Shown here: positions 27,148 through 37,654 of the stretch, piece after piece
Numbering within the stretch: position 1 is the stretch's first letter
How the letters are laid out: each line of letters begins with the position of its first letter
Assembly (NCBI GenBank): GCA_949293315.1
Contig: CASFCH010000055.1
Location: 12,922 to 76,921 of the forward strand
Reading direction: 5' to 3'
Source of the DNA: an uncultured Oscillospiraceae bacterium
GTDB taxonomy: Bacteria; Bacillota; Clostridia; Oscillospirales; Acutalibacteraceae
Length of the DNA: 64,000 nt
The notes under the pieces: generated by a model
Databases searched by the model: none
Told to the model about the DNA's origin: nothing
The model's input: the letters and a program-made list of their open reading frames with translations, nothing else
Translations under genes and position numbers: made by a program

Positions 27148-27180
27148 GCCTTTCACCGGCGAGGGCGTTTTTTTACAACT
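27148..27180 (+). terminator. Rho-independent terminator ~200 nt past the nearest + strand gene
   Basis: CGCCTT...AGGGCG stem followed by TTTTTTT. Confidence 0.5.
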
Positions 27181-27263
27181 TGTACCGCATCCGATCGGTA
27201 TGAAGGGGAAAATAAAAAACGGAACCGGGCCTCCCGTTCCGGGGGACACGGCTCCGCTTGCTG

Positions 27264-28832
27264 TTATTCTGTTTTTTCAAAAATGGGGAGCACGGAGAGC
27301 GGCGCCTCCACGGTGACTTGCCGCCCGCCGGGATAGATCGTACCGGTGGGCAGGTACTTCCAGTTTCCCTCTGGCAGGCGAAGCGTTTTTTGCCGCGCCC
27401 CCTTTTTGACCACGGGCGCAACTAAAACGGAATCCCCCAGGAAGAACAGATCCTTGACCGCCTCATACCCTTCATGGGGATATTGATATTCCGCACTGCG
27501 GATGATCGGCTCCCCGGTCACGCTCGCCTGCTTGGCCAGGGCGATGATCCGGTCCGCATATGCCGCATGCAGCTTCGCGGCGCTGAGGCAGGCGTTTCGG
27601 GCGGTCTCATCCTTTAAATTCCACAGGGCAAAGCTGTACTGCATCATGGGCATGAGCGCGCTGCACTGGCACCAACGGGTGAGCAGCTCCGTATCGAACT
27701 GATCCTCTCGCTTGTCCCGGTCAAAGACCTCGCCCGTCTTTTCCTTAAAGCTGCTGATCTCGCCGCCGCCGATCATATCGGGGCAGGAGTAGGGGTAGCC
27801 GCACAGGCCCTGGAGCAGCGCATTTGGGATCAGGGTATTCAGGCCGTTCCGGTCCCAGCTGTGGGTTTTGTCGGCCAGACGCTGCGTCACCCCCCAGCCG
27901 CCGCCCTTAAAGCAGGCGCGCAGCTCGTTGAAGCGGTATTTCCGCGCGGTCTCCGCCCACAGGAGGGACTGCCCGTTGGCGTCCACGCCGGGGCGGAACG
28001 TGCGGTCGCTGTCCTTGTAAAAGTAGGCGTCGCCGGCGTCCTGCTTAAAGCCGTCCACGCCGTAATCCGCCATCAGACGGGCCGTGAGGTCCTCAAACCA
28101 TTTTACGGACCGGGGATTGGAAAAGTCAAGCAGGGGGTGCTTCCCGTTCCACCAGACGCGGGAGGCCACCTTGCCCCGGCGGTCGCGCACCAGCATATTC
28201 TCCCGAACCATCCGCTCATAGTCCGGCGCCTCCGGCGCGACAAAGGGGCAGATCCATAAAATAACTTTAAAGCCCATCGCGTGCAGCGCGCGGATCATGG
28301 CCCTGGGATCCGTGAATTTATCCGGGTGAAAATCCCAGTGGCCGAAAGTGGTCTGCCAGCCGTCGTCGATGATCAGCTCTCCGGGCGGCATGCCCGCCGC
28401 CAGAATGCTTTCAGCAAACTTCAAAATATCGTCCTGCCGCTGCTGGGTCGCCAGATGGATCCAGGTGCAGTACTGCGGCGCGCGGAACATCATCTCATCA
28501 GGGATTTTTCCGTCAAAGGGAAAATGCCTCCCGGCGGCGGCCAGATAGGCCCCGCGCAGCGTTTCAAAGCCGTCATACAGCCGGATCTCCGCCTTTTTGG
28601 AGAGGCAGATCGCCTTGCCCCTCTTCCATTTTACCAGATACCCCTCCTCGCTCCACAGGTAGCGCCCCTTCGAGCTCAGCCACAGGGGGGAGGCCTGATT
28701 ATAGCTGCTGATATAGCGGGTGTCCGTTTTGGTTTTGCTCTTCTCGGTGATCGGCAGCTTCCAGCCGTCGTTGATATTCGCCCCATACCACGCCTCACCG
28801 GGCAGCAGGGTGAATTTTAATCGATAGCGCAC
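27264..28832 (-). CDS. Glycoside hydrolase family 31
   Basis: GH31-like blocks IIDDGWQ and FKQDAGDAYF are present. A GTG start at 28832 follows GGAGGAGGA, with an alternative ATG at 28859. Confidence 0.7.
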   Translation of the reverse strand: MRYRLKFTLLPGEAWYGANINDGWKLPITEKSKTKTDTRYISSYNQASPLWLSSKGRYLWSEEGYLVKWKRGKAICLSKKAEIRLYDGFETLRGAYLAAAGRHFPFDGKIPDEMMFRAPQYCTWIHLATQQRQDDILKFAESILAAGMPPGELIIDDGWQTTFGHWDFHPDKFTDPRAMIRALHAMGFKVILWICPFVAPEAPDYERMVRENMLVRDRRGKVASRVWWNGKHPLLDFSNPRSVKWFEDLTARLMADYGVDGFKQDAGDAYFYKDSDRTFRPGVDANGQSLLWAETARKYRFNELRACFKGGGWGVTQRLADKTHSWDRNGLNTLIPNALLQGLCGYPYSCPDMIGGGEISSFKEKTGEVFDRDKREDQFDTELLTRWCQCSALMPMMQYSFALWNLKDETARNACLSAAKLHAAYADRIIALAKQASVTGEPIIRSAEYQYPHEGYEAVKDLFFLGDSVLVAPVVKKGARQKTLRLPEGNWKYLPTGTIYPGGRQVTVEAPLSVLPIFEKTE

Positions 28833-28960
28833 AGATGATCCTCCTCCAATTAAGGTCATTTTCCATTTTATCAGATCAGGCGGAGCGTTGTAAAGAGGAA
28901 CGCCGGCCGTAAAAAAGCAGATGCGGAGCGATTGCTCCGCACCTGCCCGTACAGGGAGTA

Positions 28961-29836
28961 TCAATAATTCATCGTATAGTTTTCTGTGATTCTCAGGGAG
29001 ACGGCAAAATGATCCAGTGGGATAACCAGTGTTCCGGTCAAATAGATTTTAAAGTTCAGAATGTGGGTGGCACTCTTCATCTTTCCGGTCGCCTTATCGA
29101 TCACGGCGGTGATGGTGCAGTCGTCATACACCTGATCGCATCCGGTCAGCGTACCGACAGCCTCCGCGCCCGCCTTCAGATCCGCAGTGGAGTTGATTGC
29201 CATCCCGCGCCCGACCGGAGTGGTGGAATAATCCGCCAGATCCGTGGGGATCTCGGACTTTTTAATCGTCATTGCGATCGTATAGGTATCGCCGTTGTCT
29301 TTGCAGGAGATCGACTTCAGATCATTCAGCGTCAGTTTACTGGCCCAGCTCTCCCCGATCGGCGGGAACCAGTCCGTGTAATCTGTCCCGGCCGGGAAGT
29401 TCAGATCGTCATCCTTCGGAATGACGCCGGTCTTATTGACCAGTTCGGCCAGCCACTCACTGGGATTATCAAACCCGATGAATTCCGTCCCGCGCTCCTT
29501 ATGTAAGGCGGGTTTATCCGTCTTCACGCTGTTCGCCGCGTTGTTGTACAGCGTGAGCGCAGTCTGATTATCCGTAACGGGGGACTTTGGAGTGCTCGGT
29601 GTATCTGTACCTCCTCCGTTCTGTGTGGCAGGTTCCTGACCGGAGACGGGCTCTGTCTGGCTTTCGGCCTCAACGCCGGAGGGCGTCTCCGTCTCATCGG
29701 GAGCGACCCCAGCGCTTTCGACGAGGGCGGGATCGGTCGAGCCGGCCGCCGGTTCCTCGCCGCCGCAGGCGGAAAAGGCCAGCAGCATGGAGGCCGTGAT
29801 CGCCAGTGCAGTCAGTTGAAACCAGATTTTTTTCAT
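28961..29836 (-). CDS. Secreted lipoprotein, unknown function
   Basis: Starts MKKIWFQLTALAITASMLLAFSACGG (lipobox), followed by a Thr/Pro/Glu-rich linker. Confidence 0.6.
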   Translation of the reverse strand: MKKIWFQLTALAITASMLLAFSACGGEEPAAGSTDPALVESAGVAPDETETPSGVEAESQTEPVSGQEPATQNGGGTDTPSTPKSPVTDNQTALTLYNNAANSVKTDKPALHKERGTEFIGFDNPSEWLAELVNKTGVIPKDDDLNFPAGTDYTDWFPPIGESWASKLTLNDLKSISCKDNGDTYTIAMTIKKSEIPTDLADYSTTPVGRGMAINSTADLKAGAEAVGTLTGCDQVYDDCTITAVIDKATGKMKSATHILNFKIYLTGTLVIPLDHFAVSLRITENYTMNY

Positions 29837-30064
29837 ATGCTTTTTCCTCCTCTTGACATGCATGAACTTCTGAAATGCCCGTGGCATCGAATCAATCTAT
29901 GATTTCTCATTATATCTCTTTTTTCGCTAATTCTTCAAGGGAAGGTAAAATTGTTAAGAAAAATTTAATATATTTACGAAAAATTAGTGATAGGCCCCAG
30001 ACGTATATGCAGTTTTACGGACCTTTGTCCGGATGTAAAAATGACGCGTGGGCAGCGAGGCGCT

Positions 30065-30517
30065 TTAACGGAATTTCTGTGATTCCCGCACGGCCATGGC
30101 GTCGCACCGCTCGTTCTCCGGGTGGCCGGCGTGGCCCTTGATCCAGTGGAAGCGGACCTCGTGCTGCTCGAGCAGCTCCAGCAGCTCCTCCCAGAGCTCC
30201 GGGTTGAGCGCAGGCTTTTTATCCTTTTTGCGCCAGCCGTTGGCCTGCCAACTGCGCGCCCATCCCTTTGTAATGCCGTCCACCACGTATTTGGAGTCCG
30301 TGTAGATCTCCACACGGCAGGGCCTTTTCAGCGCCTTCAGGCCGCGGATGACAGCCGTCAGTTCCATGCGGTTATTGGTCGTCTCCGCCGCGCCGCCGCA
30401 CAGCTCCTGCTCCTTTCCGCGGCAGCGCAGGATGGTCCCCCATCCGCCCGGCCCCGGATTGCCGGAGCAGGCGCCGTCCGTGTACATGTCGACCTTATCG
30501 CGTGGCTGTGTTTCCAT
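30065..30517 (-). CDS. rnhA: Ribonuclease HI
   Basis: [20 protein letters not shown] and [11 protein letters not shown] motifs. Confidence 0.9.
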   Translation of the reverse strand: METQPRDKVDMYTDGACSGNPGPGGWGTILRCRGKEQELCGGAAETTNNRMELTAVIRGLKALKRPCRVEIYTDSKYVVDGITKGWARSWQANGWRKKDKKPALNPELWEELLELLEQHEVRFHWIKGHAGHPENERCDAMAVRESQKFR

Positions 30518-30642
30518 AGGCTCCTCCTTGTATCAACTGAAAAAATTTTATCATGATTTCGCTGTTTTCACAAGGGGAGGCGGTTAAAAAAACAGCTCCC
30601 GGTCAATAATAATCCGGTAAATTGATTGGGAGGGGATCTGCA

Positions 30643-33006
30643 ATGAAAGCAGTCATTATGGCCGGAGGCGAGGGCACGCGCCTGCGGCCGCTGACCTGCG
30701 ACACGCCAAAGCCCATGATGCCGCTGTGCGGGCGGCCGATCCTGGAGTACATTCTGGATCTGCTCGCGCGCTGCGGGGTGACGGAGGCGGCCGTCACGCT
30801 CAAATACCTGCCCGATGAAATCCGGATGAATTTCCCGGGCGATACGTACCGTGGGATCCGGCTGAACTTTATCGTGGAGGAGGAGGCGCTCGGCACGGCC
30901 GGAAGTGTGAAAAACGCGGCGCGCGATTTCAAAGAGCCGTTTCTCGTCATCAGCGGGGACGCCATGTGCGACTATGAGCTGGACAAAATGATGAAGTACC
31001 ACACCGCCGCCGGCGGGGCGGCCACGATCGCCGTCGCCCGCGTGGACGATCCGCGCGAGTACGGGCTGGTGCGCTTTGACCGGGAGAACCGGGTGGAGAC
31101 ATTCATCGAAAAGCCGGGCTGGGGTCAGGCGGTGTGCAATACCGCCAATACGGGGATCTATATCCTGGACCCCGCCTGTCTGGAGCTAATCCCGGACGGT
31201 GTGAGCTTCGATTTTGCCAAGGATCTCTTTCCCCGTATGATGGATCAGGGGCAGACGCTGTTCACCTATCTGGCCACCGGCTACTGGTGCGATATCGGGG
31301 ATATCACCTCCTATATCCGCTGCCAGCGCGATCTGCTCAGCGGGCGCATTCACTGCAAGCTGCCGCCGCAGCTGTCCCAGGGGATCTACTGTGCCGGCGA
31401 TCTGCCGCCGGGGGACTACGGCATCGAGCCGCCGGTCTATATCGGCGACGGCGTTCAGATCGGCGAGGGGGCCGTTATCGGCGCCTATACGGCCGTGGGC
31501 GACGGCTGCCGGATCGGCGAGGGGGCCAAGGTGCGCGGCAGTGTCCTGATGCGCGGGTCCTGCGTTGCGGAGCACGGCGCCGCGGTGGACGCAGTCCTTG
31601 CGGCGGGCGCCTCCATCGGCCGGGGAGCGAGTGTGTTTGAGGGCGGCGTGATCGGGGCCTCCGCCCTGGTGCGGGAAAACGCCCGTGTGAGCCAGAACGT
31701 CCTGGTCTGGCCCAAAAAAATCGTGGAGCCCGGGGCCGTCCTGACGGAAAACTGCAAGTACGGCGGCGGGACGTTGCATGTCTTTGCGGATAACGGTATC
31801 AGCCCGGAGCTCTCCTTTTCTCCGGAGGTGTGCGTGCGTCTGGGCGAGGCGCTGGCAAGCTCTCCGGCGGGCCGCCGCGTCGGGATCGCCTGTGAGGGCA
31901 GCCGGGCCTCCCGGGCGCGCAAGCTGGCCGTCACGGCCGGACTGATGATGTGCGGCAGCCATGTCTGGGACTTTGGGGACTGCTTTGAGGCGCAGCTGAT
32001 GTTTTTTACCGCGTTTTGCAATCTGTCCTCCGGCGCATTTCTCACCGATGCGCGCGGCGGCGGGATGCACCTGTTTGCAGCAGGCGGCTTCCCCCTCCAC
32101 CGGAACACGGAGCGGGATATTGAAAATCGCCTGCGCAAGGCGGACTACTCCCAGTGCTCGGAGGAGCGCTGCCGGGATGTGTCGGATATGAGCAGCGTGC
32201 GTATGATGTACCGGCAGGAGCTCTGCCGGCAGGCGCCGGACGGCTTTCACCATGTGAGCGCGCGGATCGGCAGCCCTGGGAATCATGTGCGCCGCGTCAT
32301 GGAGGACTGTATGGCCCGACTGGGGTGCACGCCCGGCGCCGGGCCGCGTTTTGAGATCGATGCCTCCGGCACAGCGGTCACCGCGCGGGATGAGACGGGT
32401 GCACATCTTCCGTGGGAGACGCTGCTGGCCGTCTGCTGTAAGGATCAGTGGGAGTCCGGCGGGGAGGTCTCTCTCCCGTACGGCGCGCCGGGCTATCTGG
32501 ATGATCTTGCCGCCGCCTGCGGCAAGCGTGCGCACCGCTATCTGGAATCCCCGGTCGGGGAGGAGGACGGTCCGGCCCGTGAGAGCGGGAAAAAGCAGCA
32601 GTGGGTGCGGGACGCCCTGTTCCTGACAGTGCGCCTGCTGAGCATCATGGACCGGCGGCACTGTACGCTGTGGGCGCTGGTGCAGGAGCTGCCCCATGTC
32701 GAAATCTATCGCAGCGAGGTGGGGGGTGGACTGTCCCCCTCCGGGCTCTATGAGCTGTTTGGCTCCGCGGCGGAGACGCCGTCCTCCCCCGGGGAGGGAA
32801 TCGTCCTGCGGCGGGGCGGCGGACGGGTGCTGATCACGCCGTCCCGGACGGGGAGCAAATTCCGCATCCTCGCAGAGTCGGCCGATATGGAGGCGGCCCG
32901 GGAGATCTGTCTGGATGTGTGCGCGCGCATGCGGTCCGCGGGGGCGGGGGAGGCCTCCGGGGCTCACGCGCTTGACAGCGGTACGGAATCAGAGTACAAT
33001 AAATAG
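30643..33006 (+). CDS. Sugar-phosphate nucleotidyltransferase, left-handed beta-helix and phosphohexomutase-like fusion protein
   Basis: Begins MKAVIMAGGEGTRLRPLT. Hexapeptide repeats span ~aa 270-360. The C-terminal ~400 aa align by eye to the PGM/PMM fold, but its motifs are degenerate. Confidence 0.7.
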   Translation: MKAVIMAGGEGTRLRPLTCDTPKPMMPLCGRPILEYILDLLARCGVTEAAVTLKYLPDEIRMNFPGDTYRGIRLNFIVEEEALGTAGSVKNAARDFKEPFLVISGDAMCDYELDKMMKYHTAAGGAATIAVARVDDPREYGLVRFDRENRVETFIEKPGWGQAVCNTANTGIYILDPACLELIPDGVSFDFAKDLFPRMMDQGQTLFTYLATGYWCDIGDITSYIRCQRDLLSGRIHCKLPPQLSQGIYCAGDLPPGDYGIEPPVYIGDGVQIGEGAVIGAYTAVGDGCRIGEGAKVRGSVLMRGSCVAEHGAAVDAVLAAGASIGRGASVFEGGVIGASALVRENARVSQNVLVWPKKIVEPGAVLTENCKYGGGTLHVFADNGISPELSFSPEVCVRLGEALASSPAGRRVGIACEGSRASRARKLAVTAGLMMCGSHVWDFGDCFEAQLMFFTAFCNLSSGAFLTDARGGGMHLFAAGGFPLHRNTERDIENRLRKADYSQCSEERCRDVSDMSSVRMMYRQELCRQAPDGFHHVSARIGSPGNHVRRVMEDCMARLGCTPGAGPRFEIDASGTAVTARDETGAHLPWETLLAVCCKDQWESGGEVSLPYGAPGYLDDLAAACGKRAHRYLESPVGEEDGPARESGKKQQWVRDALFLTVRLLSIMDRRHCTLWALVQELPHVEIYRSEVGGGLSPSGLYELFGSAAETPSSPGEGIVLRRGGGRVLITPSRTGSKFRILAESADMEAAREICLDVCARMRSAGAGEASGAHALDSGTESEYNK

Positions 33007-33248
33007 GAATGATTTCCGTCAGGCCGCGTACCGCGCGGCCGGGCTTTAGGATGTTTTGGCGGCGGGCTGTGTGCCACGTCCCCGCCTGATGATAGGTGCG
33101 CTCTGGCGCAGGCCGCTCCGGCGGCGAACATAAAAACATTGGCCGGGCGCCGTGCGGTTCCCGGCGGATCTGTGAAATCGAACTCGCGGCGGAGGTGCCG
33201 ACGGGTTGTTCAAGTGTGATAACTTTACTTTTATAAGGAGAATTTTGA

Positions 33249-35195
33249 ATGGAAAAAAATAAAATAGCAGGTGCTTCCGTACCGGAGATCATCGATGCGG
33301 CGCCGCGCGGAAAAAAGCAGCTTGACACGCTGCCGGCATGGCGCGGCGCGGGGAAAAAGGCCGCGTCACAGGCGCCTTCCCGCCCCGCGCGCAGAACGCC
33401 CCAGCCCAAGGCTGAGGCGCCCGCTCCGGCCCGCACCCGGAAGCCGCCGGTCAAGCAGGCCAAAGCGCCTGCCCGTGAGACCGCTCCGAAAGGGGCCCTC
33501 ACGCGCGGGAGACGGCCGGTCCGCAGGGATGGCGCCATGACGCCGGTGCGGATCGCGTTCCTCGGCGGCATCAATGAAATCGGGAAGAACATGACCCTGT
33601 TCGAGTGCGGAAACGATATGATCATTGTCGACTGCGGCCTCTCTTTCCCGGATGCCGACATGCCGGGCGTCGATCTGGTGATCCCGGACTTTACGTATGT
33701 CGAGCGCAACGCGGATAAGATCCGCGGAATCTTCATCACGCACGGGCATGAGGACCACATCGGTTCGCTGGCCTATCTGCTGAAAAAGGTCAATATCCCG
33801 GTCTATGGTACGCGCCTGACGATCGGGCTCATTCAGGGCAAGCTGCGCGAGCACAATCTGCTCGGGCGCGCCAAGCTGCACGTCGTCAATCCCGGCGACC
33901 GCGTCCGGAAGGGGAATTTTGTCGTGGAGATGATCCATGTCAACCATTCGATCCCGGATGCGCTGGCCCTTGCCATCCACACGCCCATCGGCGTGATCGT
34001 CCACACGGGCGACTTCAAGATCGACCCCACGCCGATCGACGGCGGGATGACCGATCTGGCCCGTCTGGCCCAGCTGGGGCGGGAGGGCGTGCTCTGCCTG
34101 ATGTGCGAGTCCACCAACGCGGAGCGGCCCGGCCTCTCCGCCAGCGAAAAGAAGGTGGGCGAGTCGTTTGAGACGCTGTTCCGCAAGGCGCGGGACCGCA
34201 GGATCATCGTGGCGACCTTTGCCTCCAATATCCACCGCGTACAGCAGATCATCGATATCGCCGGCAGCCTGGGGCGCAAGGTGGCGCTCTCGGGCCGCAG
34301 TCTGGAAAATGTTGTGTCGATCGGCGCGGAGCTCGGATACCTCCACATCCCCGATGGGATCCTGATCAATATCGACATGATCAACCGCTATCCGAACGAT
34401 AAGATCGTCCTGATCACCACGGGCAGTCAGGGGGAGCCCATGAGTGCGCTGACGCGCATGGCGATGACGGACCACCGCAAGGTCGTCATCACCCCCAACG
34501 ACTACGTCATCATTTCCGCCACGCCGATCCCCGGCAACGAGAAGGCCGTGAGCAACGTGGTCAACGAGCTGATCAAGCTCGGCGCAGAGGTGATCTATGA
34601 GCGCATGTATGACGTGCATGTCTCCGGCCATGCGTGCCAGGAGGAGCTCAAGCTGATGATGGGCCTTGTCAAGCCAAAGTTTTTCATCCCCGTGCACGGG
34701 GAGCAGAAGCACATGCTCAAAAACAGAATGCTCGCGGAGAGCATGGGAATCGACCGGAAAAATATGATCACTCCGGACAACGGCGTGGTCGTCGAGCTGA
34801 CGCCCGACTCCATGAAGGCCGTCTCCACCGTCCCGGCCGGGAAGGTGTTTGTCGACGGATACGGCGTCGGGGATGTGGGCAGCGTCGTGCTCAGGGACCG
34901 CAAGCATCTGGCAGAGGACGGCCTGATCGTCGTCGTCGCCACCATCGACGCCTCCAGCGGCGAGGTCGTCGCCGGGCCGGATGTGGTCTCCCGCGGATTC
35001 GTCTATGTCCGCGAGGCGGAGGATTTGATTGAGGACGCCAGGCGCGTGGCCGTTCGGGCGCTGGAGGACTGCCGCGTGCACCATGTGCGGGAGTGGGGCA
35101 GTATCAAAACCCGCCTGCGTGACGACGTCTCCCGCCTGATGTATGAGCGCACCAAGCGCAGCCCGATGATTTTGCCTGTCCTGATGGAAGTGTGA
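33249..35195 (+). CDS. rnj: Ribonuclease J with a ~95-aa basic low-complexity N-terminal extension
   Basis: HGHEDHIG metallo-beta-lactamase motif and beta-CASP region. A strong AAGGAG RBS precedes position 33249. Confidence 0.85.
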   Translation: MEKNKIAGASVPEIIDAAPRGKKQLDTLPAWRGAGKKAASQAPSRPARRTPQPKAEAPAPARTRKPPVKQAKAPARETAPKGALTRGRRPVRRDGAMTPVRIAFLGGINEIGKNMTLFECGNDMIIVDCGLSFPDADMPGVDLVIPDFTYVERNADKIRGIFITHGHEDHIGSLAYLLKKVNIPVYGTRLTIGLIQGKLREHNLLGRAKLHVVNPGDRVRKGNFVVEMIHVNHSIPDALALAIHTPIGVIVHTGDFKIDPTPIDGGMTDLARLAQLGREGVLCLMCESTNAERPGLSASEKKVGESFETLFRKARDRRIIVATFASNIHRVQQIIDIAGSLGRKVALSGRSLENVVSIGAELGYLHIPDGILINIDMINRYPNDKIVLITTGSQGEPMSALTRMAMTDHRKVVITPNDYVIISATPIPGNEKAVSNVVNELIKLGAEVIYERMYDVHVSGHACQEELKLMMGLVKPKFFIPVHGEQKHMLKNRMLAESMGIDRKNMITPDNGVVVELTPDSMKAVSTVPAGKVFVDGYGVGDVGSVVLRDRKHLAEDGLIVVVATIDASSGEVVAGPDVVSRGFVYVREAEDLIEDARRVAVRALEDCRVHHVREWGSIKTRLRDDVSRLMYERTKRSPMILPVLMEV

Positions 35196-35202
35196 GGGTA
35201 TC

Positions 35203-37203
35203 ATGAAAAAATTCCGTACCGAACTCCTGATCTGTGCGCTGACCGCAGCGGCGGCGGCCATCTTCATCCTGATCACTTTTCTGGTCGGGGAGTGGCAGCT
35301 TGCCCTTGCGGAGCTGGCCGCGGCGCTGATCGTGGCGGCTGTTTCCACCGTGCTTGCCCGCCGGCTCAGGAGCCGGGTGAACAGCTCTGTCAAGCGCCTG
35401 AACAACGCCTTTGACCTGACGCGCAGGGAGTCGGTCGAGCGCTTCCCGCTGCCAGTCCTCACCGCGGACGCCGCTGGAAAGATCGTCTGGTACAATGATC
35501 TGTTCCGCGCCCGTGTGCTGGGAGATGAGGAGCTCGAGGACGAGGAGGTGCGCACCTTCATCGGGGATGTGACGCTTCAGGAGCTGGCCGATATCGGCAG
35601 CACGCCATCCGTCTACGGCGACCGGATGTATACGGTCTATGCCGGGATGCTCGGGCGCAGCCGGGCGGGCGGCGTCCCCGTTTATGTGCTCATTTTCGTG
35701 GACGACACCACCCTGAAGCGCGCGGCGGAGGAATATGAGGGCATGCATCCGGCGGTGATGTACATTTCCGCCGACAACCTGCCGGAGGCCACCCAGAATC
35801 TGCGCGACTCCGAACGCGCCGCGGTCACGGGCGGCGTGGAAAAGATCATTGAAAACTGGATGTCCGAATTCCCGTCCTTTATGTGCCGGCTGGGGGATGC
35901 GCGCTTTGTCGCCGTGACGGAGGACCGCCAGCTGGGCCGGATGATCGAGGATAAATTCAGCGTCCTCTCAAAGATGCGGCGCTTTTCCTACGCCGGGGTC
36001 AGGGGGCTGACGCTCTCGATCGGCGTGGGGCGCGGCGACACGGTCCGGGAGAGCGGCGAAAAGGCCAAGCAGGCGCTCGACATGGCGCTCGGGCGCGGCG
36101 GCGATCAGGCCGCCATCAAGCAGCGGGACGCCTATGAATTTTTCGGTGGCGTGTCCATGGGCGTTGAAAAGGGGACCAAGGTACATACACGTATCACGGC
36201 CACCGCGATTGAGGAACTGATCGAGGGGAGCGACAATGTCCTGATCATGGGGCACCGGTTTGCCGATCTGGACGCCCTGGGCGCTGCGATCGGCGTGTAC
36301 AGCGAGGCGCTCGCCCAGAAAAAAGAGGCGCACATCGTCATGTCCCGCCACAAGACGCTCGCCATGCCGCTTGTCAAGCGGATGGATGAGCAGGGGCGCG
36401 GGGGCATGATCATCGAGCCGGAGCGGGCGATGGAGATCCTGACTAAAAAGAGCCTGCTCATTATCGTGGACACCCACCGCCCGGACTTTGTAGAGTCGCC
36501 GGAGCTGTACCGCGCGGCCAGGGCGGTCATCGTCATCGACCACCACCGCAAGGTTGTCGACCATATTCAGAATGCGCTCATTTTCTTCCATGAGCCGGGG
36601 GCCTCTTCGGCGTCCGAGATGGTGACAGAGCTGCTCCAGTACATGGGTCAGCGCGGCAACAAGCCCGTCGTCGGCAAGTTCGAGGCGGAGGCGCTGCTGG
36701 CGGGTATCATGCTTGATACGCGCAACTTTATCATGCGCACCGGGGTGCGCACCTTTGAGGCGGCCGCCTATCTGAAAAGCTGCGGTGCGGACATCATCAG
36801 CGTCAAGCAGCTCTTTACAGATGACATTGAAGATTATAAAATGAGAAATACGATCGTCTCCGGCGCGGATGTCTACCGCGAGTGTGCGATCGCCATCGCG
36901 GACGTGGTGGATAACGATATCCGCGTGATCTCCTCCCAGGCGGCGGATGAAATGCTCAATATCACCGGCGTGAAGGCCTCCTTCGTCCTCTATGCGGCGG
37001 ACGGCCGGGTGAATATCTCCGCCCGCAGCATGGGGAAGATCAACGTGCAGCTGATCATGGAGGCGCTTGGCGGCGGCGGCCACCAGACGATGGCGGCCGC
37101 CCAGCTCGAGGATATCAGCCTGACGGACGCCAAGGTGCGTCTGCTCTCTGAGATCGATAAATATTATGCGTCCCTGGGGGACGTTCAAACGGAGGATGAA
37201 TGA
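35203..37203 (+). CDS. gdpP: Cyclic-di-AMP phosphodiesterase GdpP (DHH/DHHA1 family)
   Basis: Two N-terminal TM segments, DHH motifs (DHHRK, GGGGH), and the conserved gdpP-rplI-dnaB synteny. Confidence 0.85.
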   Translation: MKKFRTELLICALTAAAAAIFILITFLVGEWQLALAELAAALIVAAVSTVLARRLRSRVNSSVKRLNNAFDLTRRESVERFPLPVLTADAAGKIVWYNDLFRARVLGDEELEDEEVRTFIGDVTLQELADIGSTPSVYGDRMYTVYAGMLGRSRAGGVPVYVLIFVDDTTLKRAAEEYEGMHPAVMYISADNLPEATQNLRDSERAAVTGGVEKIIENWMSEFPSFMCRLGDARFVAVTEDRQLGRMIEDKFSVLSKMRRFSYAGVRGLTLSIGVGRGDTVRESGEKAKQALDMALGRGGDQAAIKQRDAYEFFGGVSMGVEKGTKVHTRITATAIEELIEGSDNVLIMGHRFADLDALGAAIGVYSEALAQKKEAHIVMSRHKTLAMPLVKRMDEQGRGGMIIEPERAMEILTKKSLLIIVDTHRPDFVESPELYRAARAVIVIDHHRKVVDHIQNALIFFHEPGASSASEMVTELLQYMGQRGNKPVVGKFEAEALLAGIMLDTRNFIMRTGVRTFEAAAYLKSCGADIISVKQLFTDDIEDYKMRNTIVSGADVYRECAIAIADVVDNDIRVISSQAADEMLNITGVKASFVLYAADGRVNISARSMGKINVQLIMEALGGGGHQTMAAAQLEDISLTDAKVRLLSEIDKYYASLGDVQTEDE

Positions 37204-37646
37204 TGAAAGTAATTCTTTCCCAGGATGTCAAGGGGCTCGGGAAGCGCGGCGAGCTTGTCAATACGACGGACGGGTATGCCCGCAACTTCCTGTTCCCGCG
37301 CAAGCTGGCCGTGGAGGCGAACGCCCAGGCCATGAGCGAGCTGCGGGGCCGCGAGGCCGCCGAGCAGCACCGGATCGAGGTCGAGACCAAACAGGCGCAG
37401 GCCTTTGCCAAAAAAATCGACGGCCAGACGATCCGAATCACGGCCAAGGCGGGGACGAACGGGCGGCTGTTCGGATCCGTCACCGCCAAGGATATCGCGG
37501 CGCGCCTTGCGTCCGATTACAGCGTAAAGGCCGATAAGCGCAAGGTGGAGGTCGAGGAGATCAAAAATTTCGGCACGTATCAGGCCACGGTCAAATTTGG
37601 ATACGGGGTCACCGCCTCGGTCTATGTCGCGGTCAGTGAGGAGTAA
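37200..37646 (+). CDS. rplI: 50S ribosomal protein L9
   Basis: [19 protein letters not shown]... is a typical L9 N-terminus. Confidence 0.95.
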   Translation: MMKVILSQDVKGLGKRGELVNTTDGYARNFLFPRKLAVEANAQAMSELRGREAAEQHRIEVETKQAQAFAKKIDGQTIRITAKAGTNGRLFGSVTAKDIAARLASDYSVKADKRKVEVEEIKNFGTYQATVKFGYGVTASVYVAVSEE

Positions 37647-37654
37647 TTTTTTCC

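Noticed and set aside
27003-27421. Short ORFs 27003..27203, 27044..27316 and 27173..27421.
   Set aside because: They lie across the REP-like palindrome and terminators, and they lack an RBS.
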